Origin: Ptychomitrium polyphyllum
Lineage: Eukaryota
Direction: 5' to 3'
DNA length: 64,000 nt
Assembly (NCBI GenBank): GCA_973851085.1
Contig: OZ316775.1
Location: 13,082,001-13,146,000 of the forward strand
Position 1 is the first letter of the stretch. Each line of letters starts with the position of its first letter. The notes under the pieces are model-generated. The model searched no databases and was not told the origin of the DNA. It was given only the letters and a program-made list of their open reading frames with translations. Positions 26,560 through 38,412 of this stretch are shown here, piece by piece. Both the position numbers and the translations under genes were made by a program.

Positions 26560-27110
26560 TCTTAAACCTCAAATGGGCAACTGCCCACCATGCATCCATG
26601 AAACCGAGAAGAGGAGTTCTTCGACTCCAGCGCACTCCGTCGATGAAATCTGAACAAGCCAGAAGTCACTGACCTGGAACAACAGGAAGAGCATAACCTG
26701 ACTCGGGCTATCCTCCGTGCCAATAACCTTCGACAGCATGGATGCAACAATCGCACTACAGCTGATCGAGCATCAAAGATGAGAGGAGGTTGCCAAAACG
26801 AGGGTCAAGTCCAGGGTGGCGAGATACTTGCCGACATGGCAGGAGCGCATTGGCGGGACCAGACTAGGAAGTGAGGTGGCGGGAGGGAGCTCAGGTTCTC
26901 TGGCTCTGCACCCGAGGTGCGCAAGTTCATTGTTTCTGCGAGCTCTTCAACGTCGCCTTCGGCGCGTCGCCCAACGACGTTATCTTGCACAAATTATACA
27001 GCTCGGTGTATGGTTGCTACAATATCGCGGGTCGAGGAGCTCGCACCGGAGGACGCCCATCTTGAGGACTCATCTCTCGCTCTGCACAGGCGTCTCGTTC
27101 CAGGTGAGGA
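26560..27110. promoter_or_regulatory. Putative shared bidirectional promoter / first non-coding exons of OEP80 (-) and OEP37 (+)
   Basis: GC-rich island between two divergent genes. A + strand donor CAG|GTGAGG at 27104 is followed by a GT-repeat intron start, and a - strand donor-like GAG|GTTTAAG near 26567 is followed by a GT/GA-repeat intron. Confidence 0.45.
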
Positions 27111-28842
27111 GATGGTGTGTATGTGTGTGGGTGTGAGTGTGGGTGTGGTTTCAAACCCAACTTTCGGGTTTCTGTCTCAACTGGGTTTATGTCTCAACTA
27201 GGTTTCTGTCTTTCCTTCCCTCGGATGTGCGTCTCCTCGTGGTGGCGCATTGCGTGTGCTCTCTGCTGTGGAGAGCAGACCATATGGAGAGCGCACCTTT
27301 GGTTGTGTGGAGTCAAGAGCTGAAGAGGAGAAGGGCGGTGGGGTGCATTGTATCGCTATACTGGGGAGCGGTTATCATAGAGATATTTGTTAGCGTTTCG
27401 GTTTCGATGAGTGGGTGGAGGTTGGCAGTGTTGGGTGGTGTGCGTGGACGGGTTGAGTTCCGGTGAGGGTTTCGTCTCTGGCATGTCGCACTTTCCGAGG
27501 GTACTTTTCTAGTTTGTGTAGCCCAAGATATGGTGGGTTCGGCTCCGTAGTAGAGGACGCACTGATGGCGCATTTTCAAGGTCTTTTTCGCAGCGACGTT
27601 CCTAGGGAAAGTTTCCAGTTTGGGGACCGAATTGGACCTGAGTTGGTTGCGCGTGTTTGAGCTTGTGAGCGACTGCGCTTGCTCGATTGGGGTAATGTCA
27701 GGATTTCTTCATAGAACTCACTTTTGCGATGTAGGTTTTAGTGTCCTGCAGTATAATTGCAGGTCACTGATTGTTCTTCTTTTACAAATTTGGGGTAAAC
27801 CTCTGGGATGTTGGGAACTCGAGTTTTCCTTCCCCTAGGGTTGGGTGATGGCCCCGCGGCGTTTCCTTTCCTCCCCACATTGGAGATGCAACATTTTTTG
27901 TCAAGAGATTCTCTGTTTCACATGGACTCGCTGATCTCTGCTCAAAAGTGGCCACATTAGAGAATAGCTGGCTCAAGCACAGTTATCTGGCATTCATTTA
28001 GCTTATCGTTCTTGAGCATATTTTCCAGCATGCTTATGAGATGGATACACAAATGATGGGAGATGGTTTGCGCTGATATCTGTGGTGCATCTCTCCCTCT
28101 GAACCAGTTTACTTTCTGACCAGCATAAAGAAATGAACACTTTAAATTGTAGTCCGCTTTGTTACCCTTTATACATTCTGTTCCAGTTGTGTGGGTATCC
28201 CGTGCGACTGACTGACTGACTTACCTGAAATCTGTTGCTGAGAGCTTTGAAGCTTCAAATAGTGTTGCATTTTCTCGATGTGATAATGTTTCGTGGGGGT
28301 TTGAGAGGTGTTTCCATTCATGCCTGCTCTAACATTGTGGGTGATGGTTAGCTTCTTCTCCCCTTCACAAAGGATTTTGAAAACTGGGCTTCTAGGTGTG
28401 TTGCGACGATTATTGTGTTCGTTGCCTATAGAAGTTAGTGAGAGGATTAATTACCATTGTTTAGCGAGTGAGTGAGTGACGGTCAGCATTTGTTCGAAAG
28501 CTTGCATTCCTGATCATGATAGTGTTGGCATGGGTGTATCTGGAAGTTTTAAGGTGTATCTAGCTATCCAAATGTTGTGTTTCTCAACGTATGGATACTC
28601 CAGACACCTTGCTAATAGAGAAAGAGGAAAGGGGAGGGGGGGGGTGGGGGGGGGGTGGTTTTTAATTGCGTCTTAATGCTCGTTAATACCGCACATCATT
28701 AGCACTTTGAGTGAAGTGAGTTGTAGGTTTTGAGTTCCTGCTGTTGATTTTAGGTGCTTGCGTCTCTGATCCCTTTGTTTAAGCTGGTTATATATTTTAT
28801 CCTGCTGATAAAAGCATAGCCTGGGATTGGAAGGTGGCTACA

Positions 28843-31108
28843 ATGGGTGGCCTTACGCAGGTTGGGAAAAATGATTGGCTTCAACGTGATTGGCGGCAGC
28901 TGGCTGCTGTGAAGCTGTCCACAGAATATGATTCTGAAGGAAGTGTATTTGTTAACAAGTTGTCTGCACGCGTGCTCAATGGGCTAGCCAAGCTCACGGG
29001 CTCAATTCAAAGAGAGCCCTCAGGAGATCTCCGCTACCCTTTACTAGGCGTTGTCACAAAGTACCTGTCCGTGCTGTATGATCATGAGGACCGTAATGCA
29101 CTTGTAACCATGAATGCTGACGTCGGCAAAAACTTATCAGTCAAGTACCTGCGAGATATTAAGGTGAGAAATTATCAGGCTCTTTCCGAGTATTGCTCAT
29201 AGCTAGACTCTCAACAGCCAATTTTGATCAGCGAAAGTGTGTTTGTTAACGATATTTTGATTTTAATTGACAGGCCCAGCAAGGCGAAGTGAAGCTCACG
29301 GCGCATACAGCAAACCTTAAGTACAAGACGGAGGTCTCCTATGACGTCCCAGCCACGACTTTGGTATGTACCAATTATATGCAACTTGTTGTGGCAAGAT
29401 GGGAAATTTTATGTGCCTTTTAAGCGGTCCGCAGAGTCATAGTACGTTGTTTTATGTCTATGTTATGATCTACAAAAACTTGAAACGGCGTTTTTATTTT
29501 ACTTTAAATGACGCAGCCAAAAATAGTGTGTTCGTTTCCGCTTGGGCAATTGAGGGCCGAAGAGGTTGAACTGGATGAAGAGCGAGCAATTGCACTCAGT
29601 GGCTTCCTTGGTGGGCCTTTGTTGAATGGTCAAGCTGTTGCAAGCTATTCTGATGAGAGCGCAACTTTGAAATACACGTTCAAGGTACCTGGTGCTTCCT
29701 GTGATGCTAATTTGACATACTTGTATTTCCTGAGTTGTATGATAACCACTTCCCTACTATCACGATGCATTTCAGTCTCCTAGGACTACTTTTTTTTCCT
29801 TTGAAGGCATTACTCAAGTGTTCCTGTCAAGTACAAATCTTCGTCTTTTCAGGGCCCATTAAGATCACTGGACCTTGTACACCTATTTCACCATGTATTG
29901 TTGGTAGAAAATTGTAACTGGTGGAAATTTATTGTGATTCATAATCACTATGTCGAAGGTGGTTGCAAGCTGCACTGCATTATTCAAGGTGGTCAAAAGT
30001 AACAGGAAAAATAATCATCACTGTGGCCTCTCATATTGACCGTGGTTTGCAGTGTATAGTGCAGTTGGTGTAGTCACAATTATCACTATTACTGCCTTTA
30101 GTTATGTTTACTCACTACCGCTTCCACCATATGGGCAACCTAATTTGGACAGATTCAAGTTCAACTTAATTTGATGTTACTCCGATTAGTATTAGTCGCT
30201 GATTCATGGTGGCTTTGTTCTTACCGGTAGGATGAAGAGTTGACATTGGTGCCATCAATCTCATGGCCTCAATTATCTCCATCACTTGCTTTTAAGCGGC
30301 AATTTGGACCTAAAAACAAGCTCAGGTACTAGCTTCTCTATCATTTCTATAGAATAGTGATATGAATTCTGTGTCTGTTATTACTTGTGCATGGTCTTTG
30401 ATCAAGACAATAGATGTATAGCTTGCAAGAGATGGTGTAGAAGTGTTTTTAGAGGCGGTGGCGTATGAGCTATCCGAAACCTGTACCATTGGATGCTGCC
30501 TTACAGTTATGTGTGCATGGGACAGTTATATCCATAACTTTGAGACAGCTACTTGGAGTGCTATATATAAATACAAACCAGTTGAGGACTTCAAGGCCAA
30601 ATTGGGCTACGATTCTGACGTTCGCTTGTGCTGGGGTTCGTTCTGGGTGAGCTTTCTATTACACTCTATAGTGTAAACCATTCTCTTCGTTTTGCACAGT
30701 AGTTTCTTCTCTTAGTTTTCTTTTTACTGCACCTGGTTAGCTGTTTTTATGCTGTGTCACGATGATATTTTATCAGAATAGAAAATTAGCTACTCTTGGT
30801 GCGATGAGTTCGAATTGCAGAGCATAGTGCCCTGGAGCTTGGTATGGTCTCTGAATTTCAAGAGTCAATATTTTCATATCTAAATGCCTGGAAGTGAACA
30901 GAGGTTAGCATATATGTCACAACAGCATATCAACATATATTGTAATATCATGTTGCGTTTGTCACGTTTGCAGATAGGGAAGGAGGATTCTGGCGCCAAG
31001 ACAGCCCCTAGGAAATGTAAGCTGCAAGTAATGTTACAAGTGCCCCAGGATGATGTAAAATCCGGAGCTCTGTTATTCAGATTGAAAAAGCGTTGGGATT
31101 TGTTGTGA
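28843..31108 (+). CDS. OEP37: Chloroplast outer envelope pore protein 37 (beta-barrel channel); about 6 coding exons
   Basis: Exons about 28843-29163, 29274-29363, 29517-29684, 30231-30326, ~30508-30646, 30974-31108. VKLSTEYDSEGSVFVNKLS...LAKL, IKAQQGEV, FKAKLGYDSDVRLCWGSFW and AKTAPRKCKLQVMLQVPQDDVKSGALLFRLKKRWDLL* match OEP37 as I recall it. Confidence 0.88.
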
Positions 31109-32910
31109 CGGTCAATAATGTGCTTCTCAATTAGAATTAGCTGAATCCACCAATTTGATTTGAGCAGCTACAGCTGTTTCTCCAGTTGCTTACATTTCGT
31201 TGCCTGCCTTAGTTTTGTCATGATCACTATTTTTCACTTCAATTGTCACGAAATGTTTTGCTTTGTGCTCTTTACAAGAACTAAATGTGCTTTCTGGGCT
31301 CGCCAGTCATTGCATGGTTAGAGAGTAACATGGTTGTATTGGTAGCCGCCATACTTATTCCAAGTTTATGAAGTGTAGTCTAGCTAATGTTATGATTTTT
31401 CTTTTTTTTCTTTTTTGAAAATAAACGGTGAAAGGTATTTAATGCAAAGAGTACAATACAGGTGATTAAAAAGCTGAATTCTGAGAAATTTGTGATAAAA
31501 ACTACTCTGCTAAGTTATGAGAACTTGGAACAAGGCGTTATCATTGTTTTTCATGTTTCTACAGATTCCACTTCTTCCATTGAAATTCTAAGTTCATGGT
31601 CCACAAATGGGCAACACACTACATATCCAGGACAAGATACTATAGCACCAAAGTATAAATAGAAAGAGAAGTTTTTTAAAAAAAGTTAAAAACAAGTACG
31701 ATGATAGAAATGAGAAGTTGATTAAATATTTTTTAAATACATAGAAAATATTTTTAATGGTTTTAAAAATTCGTGTTTTTAAAGAGGCAAAATTCATTAG
31801 GTTTTGAATTTTTTGAAAAAAATATAATGATTAAGTTTGTATTTCATTTCCTTCAGAATGGGCTAAATTTTCTTTGAAATTATAGAAGTATATATGGATC
31901 AAGTGAAAAATATACACTTTGAATGACAAACACACCGTTTAGGATATGCAATTTGAAAATTGTTCCTAAATGATGCAATTAAAAAAATTTGATATTAAAG
32001 ATTTACAATAATATCATTTTCAATGTTATTAACTAATGTGATTGAATATATAGTTCATGAAATTTTATAGTGTATTATTACCAATCTATAAAATTTGAAC
32101 TTACTTATATTATTATCATTTTAAAATAAAACAAACAAATTTGACGTTTACTAAGAATGTGCAAATCTTTTAGATTTAAAATTATTTAAAAAGAAGCTGG
32201 TAATAAAGTATCTCTTAAGATCACAAAATTGTACTTGTTAAATTTTTTAAATAAAAAGAAAGGTGATTGGTGTAAAAGTTTTAAATAATCCAAAAAAACA
32301 AATGCATGCTAAAGCATTAATTTCAAGTAGATTTATAAACATTAAATTAAAATTTTTAAAAAATAGTTTAAAATATAGAAATGAATCCACCAAATTCATC
32401 TTGCTTAATATCTTATATGATCTATGAATTAAAAAAACTAAAAATCAAATATTTCCATAATATTTTTATTCTAAAATGTTCATTTCATCTAATTCTTACA
32501 TATAATTATTTAAATTGGCAATCTTACAAAATATAAATTTAAATGTTTAGAAACATTTGACCATGTAAAAAATGTTTAACATTTAAACAATCATAATTAA
32601 ACTCAATAAAAATTATTCATTAGATTTTGTTTATAAAGGTTTCTTTTTTGGAACTAATTTACAAAAGTTCTATGGCATTTTTGTGGTATTCAACCATATA
32701 TATGTAATTTAGAAATTAAGCATCACAACTTTTTAATTCAACAATAATTGAAAAAATCCAAGTTCAATTGTATATGTTATAGAACATTCTATTTGTGGCA
32801 AAATCCTTCATTAATTGAGGATTAAAAATCATTCAAAAAACAATAAATGTATGAAGTTTTATCAAATGTGCATGATGATAATTGTATGTAATAAAATTTA
32901 TATTTTAAAT

Positions 32911-35516
32911 TTAACAATATAAAGGTGTTATAGGTCTTCTTTTAAATGATGTCCATAAAAGTTGTGTAAGAAGAACAACTACAAAACATCCAATCCAAAC
33001 TAATTGAGAAAAATAATCATCATTAGATTTTCCAAACCAATTATTAGATTGAAAACTAATTGGCATCCAACTTAATGTTGGTGTGGATGTTCCATATAAA
33101 ATTATTCCAATTAAAAATAAAGAGAGTAAAAACCTTAATACCAAGCCTATTAATGTAGCCTGCAAAAATACAAAAAATATACATAACTTAAATTTTAATA
33201 TTTTTATTGTTAAACTATAATATTCACAACAAATTTTAAATTTTTAAATTTTTTTTTATACCAATCAATTTTTTTTAGTAATTTAAGTGTTTATGCCACA
33301 TTACCATAAATCTATTTCTAATGATACATATTCATGCCCTACTTATTCATTAATAGCAATCATATGCAATCAAAATGAGATGTGTCTAACAACAAGAATA
33401 AAGATATCTATGGATAAAAATAAAAACATTAAGAAGATATGTACTATGAATGTTTACATATTATAACATTAAAATACTTTGATTCTTAAATTTGTGGCTA
33501 TAAAAAGTGAAATCACCATAGGTTGGATCAACAATTGGTAAAAATGGAAGATAAGCTTTTTAAGATGCTACTAAAATAAATTTGGATGAAAAAATAAAAT
33601 TTTGAATGTTAATGCAACCCACAAAAGTCATTTGTCATCCATGTATCACATTATACAACGCTTGAAGATAACATATTAATTACCTCTCTTACTTGATCAT
33701 TATGTTTCAATGTCTTCACAAAATCATTTAATGTAGTTAATTGTTTATTTAAAAATCTTTCTGTCAAAGCAATTTGATTCTTCTCTAATTGTTGTATCAT
33801 TGCTCCAAATGTCATTAACGCAGTCATTAAGTTTGGCTCATGTGCATGAGATACTCGACTTAGAGATTTAATGCTTCTCTTGAGTTGTGGTACATTACTA
33901 CTAGCACGCATTAAAGTTGTTATAAGAGTACGGGTTGATCGATTTTCTCGTTCATATTTATAACTTGAAGAGAGTTGCAATATTTTTCTTCGTTTCCTAG
34001 AATAACTAGATCCACTTTGCGACGTTACAGATGCCATTGGACTTCCACTAGAAAAAACTTTTGCTGAATGTGCCTCAGAATCAGCTCTGGCAGTGCTGAC
34101 TGCCATTTGTTCAGTCCCTCTTTCAATGTTTGTAGCCAGATTTTCATTGTGTCTTCTTGAATTATCAGAAGCGTGAAATTTATGTTCTCCTACACTTGAT
34201 GATTCTTCCTTTGAAAAGTCTTTCTTTTCATTACCACAGTTTTTGTTTGTAATTTTTTTAACACGTGTATGCTTATAGTTGCAATCAATAGAGCTTGACA
34301 GCTCCATTACACTAAATCTATCCATGTGCTGGTCTTCACAGTTGTTATGGCTAAGTGAACTTCTCTCATCACATTTATTTCCCTTATGTTCAGTTTGTGA
34401 AGTCATGAAAACAACAGGACTTGACGTCGCACTACCTTGACCCATCACATCATTTCCATTGTAACCCATAGAATTATCAGAACATGAATCATATGGTGTC
34501 AATGTACCCTTGCCTTTCTTGTCTAATATGGTTTTGTTATAATTTGAAGGGATATGTTCACCAAACATTAATTTTTCTTTTATTTCATTAACAAGGAAAA
34601 AGTTTCTTTCCTTATCTTGGTAATTTGAAGGCTTTGAATTTAACACACTTGCTTCAAAAGCCTCTTCTCTATACTTATCAATAAGATTTACTGGAGATGA
34701 ATCTGAATCTCTCCATTTCACTTTTATAAAATTTCTTAAACTATTTGGACTTGTTGGAGTTGAAAAACTATGACATTGTATTATATTTTGGCCTTCAACA
34801 AAGCTTTTATCAATACTTTTGTCATTGTCTGTATTGTAAATTTTTCCTTTTGCATCTAAAAAAAGCGTTTTTATTGGTATATTTTCTTCTACAATATGCT
34901 TTTCAATATGCTTATCTTTTACATCATAATATGTTATCAAGTTTGGTGTATTATTAACTATGTCAACTCCTTCTTTGATGTTCTTGGTATTCATTAAACT
35001 ATTCATAGAACAAGGGATTCCACTAAAAAGTGTATCCATAGTATTGTACCACTCCCAACTATTAGATTCATTTGAATTGAATTTCTTTGCCATCTTCTCT
35101 CTATTATATCTACCTTTCATTGCTTTAAATTTCAGTTTGCATTGTTCAAGATCTTTATGTTTACTTGAATTTCTAGAGCACCCATTAACTTCTTCAGAGA
35201 TTTTTTTCCAAAACTGCTCCCTGTCCAATTGGCTACATTCAGTCCCTATTCTATAATGAACACTCCATGCATTTAAAAGAGAACTAATAGCATTTGGACT
35301 CCAATCTTCATTGTCTTTTGTTTGAAGTCCTTCTTTCTTGACTACATTACCACTTTCAATTCCTTCATCATATTCTTTTCGAACAATTTCATTATTGGCC
35401 ATTGCATTTTTTACATTTATTTTTGATAATTTTATTATAAGTTCATTTTTCTTTCCTTCTTCTTCAGGTGTCAGTAAGGCGCCAAACCCTGTTTCCGTTG
35501 CACATACATCATCCAT
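32911..35516 (-). CDS. Trihelix (Myb/SANT-like, SIP1/ASIL-type) transcription factor with predicted C-terminal two-pass membrane anchor; 2 coding exons, about 690 aa
   Basis: Exon 33693-35516 has WSPNAISSLLNAW...FWKKISEEV...KDLEQCKLKFKAMKGRYNREK...WEWYNTMDTLF (trihelix DBD), NLS-like RKRRK and a coiled-coil-like LMTALMTFGAMIQQLEKNQ. Donor CAA|GTAAGA at 33692 and acceptor TTTTTGCAG|GCT at 33160 are both phase 0 and join exon 32911-33159 with two hydrophobic segments. The domain call is firmer than the splice. Confidence 0.7.
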
Positions 35517-37615
35517 TCTTGTATACAAAAAAAATAAGAAACATAAAAAAAATTATCAATTTTTTTTAATTAGTACTAAATAAAAATTCATTAGTTAATA
35601 CTCCTATGTCTTGATATCTGGTTAAATATCACAAATGAATTCCTAAATATCCTTGATTGCATCATTTTATTAAAAATGTCTTTTAACTTCCAACATGTGG
35701 TTGAAAGGATGAATTAGAAATACATTAATAATCAAAAAAATTCTATTTGGATTCGTTTTTTATATAATTGAAATGTTTCATAAAATCATATTTTTATATC
35801 ATTTCTCAACATACAATCAACAGTCATAAGTTATTTGAAGAAATATAACAAACTGAAGAGATTGTGAATTCCTATTTTTTTAAAAGCACCCCTTGACTTT
35901 TCATATCATCTTAATTTTTATTAAATGATTCCTTTTCAAGATCAAATCAAACGAATCACATGATTGAAAGAGAATTCATAAATAGTAAGACATTGATTGT
36001 ATGAAACTCTTCCTTGTCGTTATAGAATTTTAAAATGTAAGGTTTAAGATTAAACAAAATGATATGATTATAAACCTAAAATCAATTAATTAAAATACAT
36101 TTTATTTTTATAATAATAATAATGCAAGACCTTCATAAATAAAAGTAAAATTTTCTTTTATATGAATTTATATTATTTATATGTATAACTATAAGTTAAG
36201 TTCTTTATTTTTAAATTGAAAATAAAATAAAAACCTTAAAATTGAAAATATACGTTTATTTTCTGTATATCAAAGATGTGCAGTTGTATACCAGCCATTG
36301 CAAATCATAAGTACTTCTGGCACCAATGAATCTTATATTATATAAAAATAAGTGGTAATGCATTGTATTTATAAAGGCAATTTTGGCATAAGTAATCAAT
36401 TTATTTGAAAAAAGTGCAATATGCTAGTTTTTCATATATTTGGACCTTTAAAAAAAGTGACATCTTGTTAAATTAATTAGTGTCAAAGAATCCCGTTACC
36501 GTTAGATAGTAATCCAATAAATTCGATCTTACTTTGTGTAATAAAGATTCTCAAATTTACTCAATCTGAGATGTTTAAAATTTTAATAAATTATTTTCAT
36601 AGTATTTTTCGAGTTTTTAAAATATTATTAATATTAATAAAGGCAAAACTTACACAGTTTGAAATTACGTATTTTTTGTATTACATATAAATGTATAAAT
36701 TTATATATGTTTTGAAAAAAGTTCAATGAAAAATGTACATTATATGAAAAGACATGAATTAGAAAGGTGATCAAATCTTAAAGAAGTACATAATCAATGT
36801 TTCAAATAGCTCAACAAAGTTGTGTTTTAAAAATTAATCTTGATTTAGGTTTGTATGTGATTTACTTCATATTTGAGTTGTAATAGGCAAACAAGTGGAT
36901 ATTGTTCTTAATTCATTATATAGATATTTTCAATCAAATGAATGGAATAAATGAAATGAAAACTGAATCAAAATACAAAAATAAAATGAATAGATAAATC
37001 TTTTACAATGCTTTTTGATGTATTCTAATGATTTTTCTATAAATTAGTTAAAGACAAGATGAGAAAGACTTGTTTTCTTTAAATTCTCTAAAGATTAATC
37101 ATGCCCATTAATTTTCATGAGTTTTTAATATGAAAAGAAATACAATCATGATACAATATAAGTGTGCTAGATACTTTCTAAGGATTTTAATGAAATTGTA
37201 AAAATACCAAAGGCTTGATTTAAATTTGAAAACTTCAATATGCTACTAAAACACCTTATATCACTAATACAACTATGACATAATACTCATCTACTATGTA
37301 CATTTAGATTAAAGCAAAACTCAAAAGTTTGTGATTTTTCAATTTATTTATTTATTTAATATGAATTATACCTTGAAATATGATACCTTTCACATTGCAA
37401 TTCTAAAACTAATGAATCCATCCAAAATTCACATCCCCTTATTGAAAACTATCCGATAAAACCAAGAAAAACCCCCAATTCGCCTCATGTTTTGGCAGGT
37501 TAAAAAATTTGTTACAACAGAAGAAAACAAACTTTCTTCCTAAATACATGGATGGATACACAAAGAGAACTTTCACCTTGTTCAAGCCCTATCCATTCAG
37601 TGAAGACTCCACAAT

Positions 37616-37905
37616 TCAACCATAAAACAGTATGATTTGGTTACAAAAACTTCCCTGCTTCTCTCCATGAAAAGAAATAAAGCACTGAGTTTCTTCTGAG
37701 AGAAAAGAAGAAGCACACATTTCATTTGTAGGGTTGCTCATGAGCAAGCGTAGTGTGAGCACTTTGACCTCTTTCACAAAGATGCGGACGAGCCTTCCAT
37801 TTGACCTACTTGGAGACTTCAAGGTCTGCAAGGCATAGTGGTTGGGGTCCACTTTCCTTGACATAAGGTAAATCTTCCCAAAACAGAAGGACCGCACCCC
37901 AATTT
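37616..37905 (-). pseudogene. Possible decayed protein-kinase N-lobe fragment
   Basis: IGVRSFCFGKIYL...YALQTLK...IFVKEVKVL resembles kinase subdomains I-III with the catalytic Lys replaced by Gln; no C-lobe seen. Confidence 0.2.
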
Positions 37906-38304
37906 CTGTAAATTATTCAGTCAAATATTGGAGCTACACGTTGCTATCAGCCAACCAGGTGATGAACTTGGGTGGACATCCCCAACCAAAAGCAACATGG
38001 AACCAAAGCATCCTGAAGGTGACCTGTAACCCAGACACAAGGCACCTGAACTAGGATGGAAGATAATATCAGATACAGTTTGTGGGACCTTCCTAGGGCC
38101 GTCACAATGGTTGCCTTAGAATGTGTGAATTGTTGGCCCTTGGCCAGTCTCAAACCCAAGACGAAGGTTCTCCGGATGGAGGAACAGAACTGATATACAT
38201 TGCCCAGTGAACTGGGTTGAAATGGAGTGCACATGGTACCATAGCATAGGGTGGTGATGATGGATAGAGAAGCACGGTTATACTATTATACTATTCTTGC
38301 TTGT

Positions 38305-38412
38305 GAAAAATATGATGAAAAATATGCTGAAAAATATGCTGAAAAATATGCTGAAAAATATGATGAAAAATATGCTGAAAAATATGATGAAAAATATGCT
38401 GAAAAATATGAT
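38305..38412 (+). repeat. Tandem repeat, 9 x 12 bp GAAAAATATG(A/C)T
   Basis: Read directly; translates as EKYD/EKYA repeats on + and HIFQ/HIFH or AYFS/SYFS on -. Confidence 0.95.

Noticed and set aside
26562..27660. Several 60-109 aa ORFs as genes or as an N-terminal coding exon of OEP37
   Set aside because: The frame that would splice in phase with OEP37 has no ATG after the stop at 26780; the others are unrecognisable and lie in UTR or intron-like sequence.
33651..35528. PIF/Harbinger transposon Myb/SANT ORF
   Set aside because: No DDE transposase ORF, TIRs or TAA/TTA TSD found nearby, and the C-terminal coiled coil fits host trihelix factors. Not fully excluded.
38305..38412. CRISPR array or repeat-protein gene
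   Set aside because: Contiguous 12-bp units without spacers in eukaryotic DNA; the ORFs are artefacts of the repeat.
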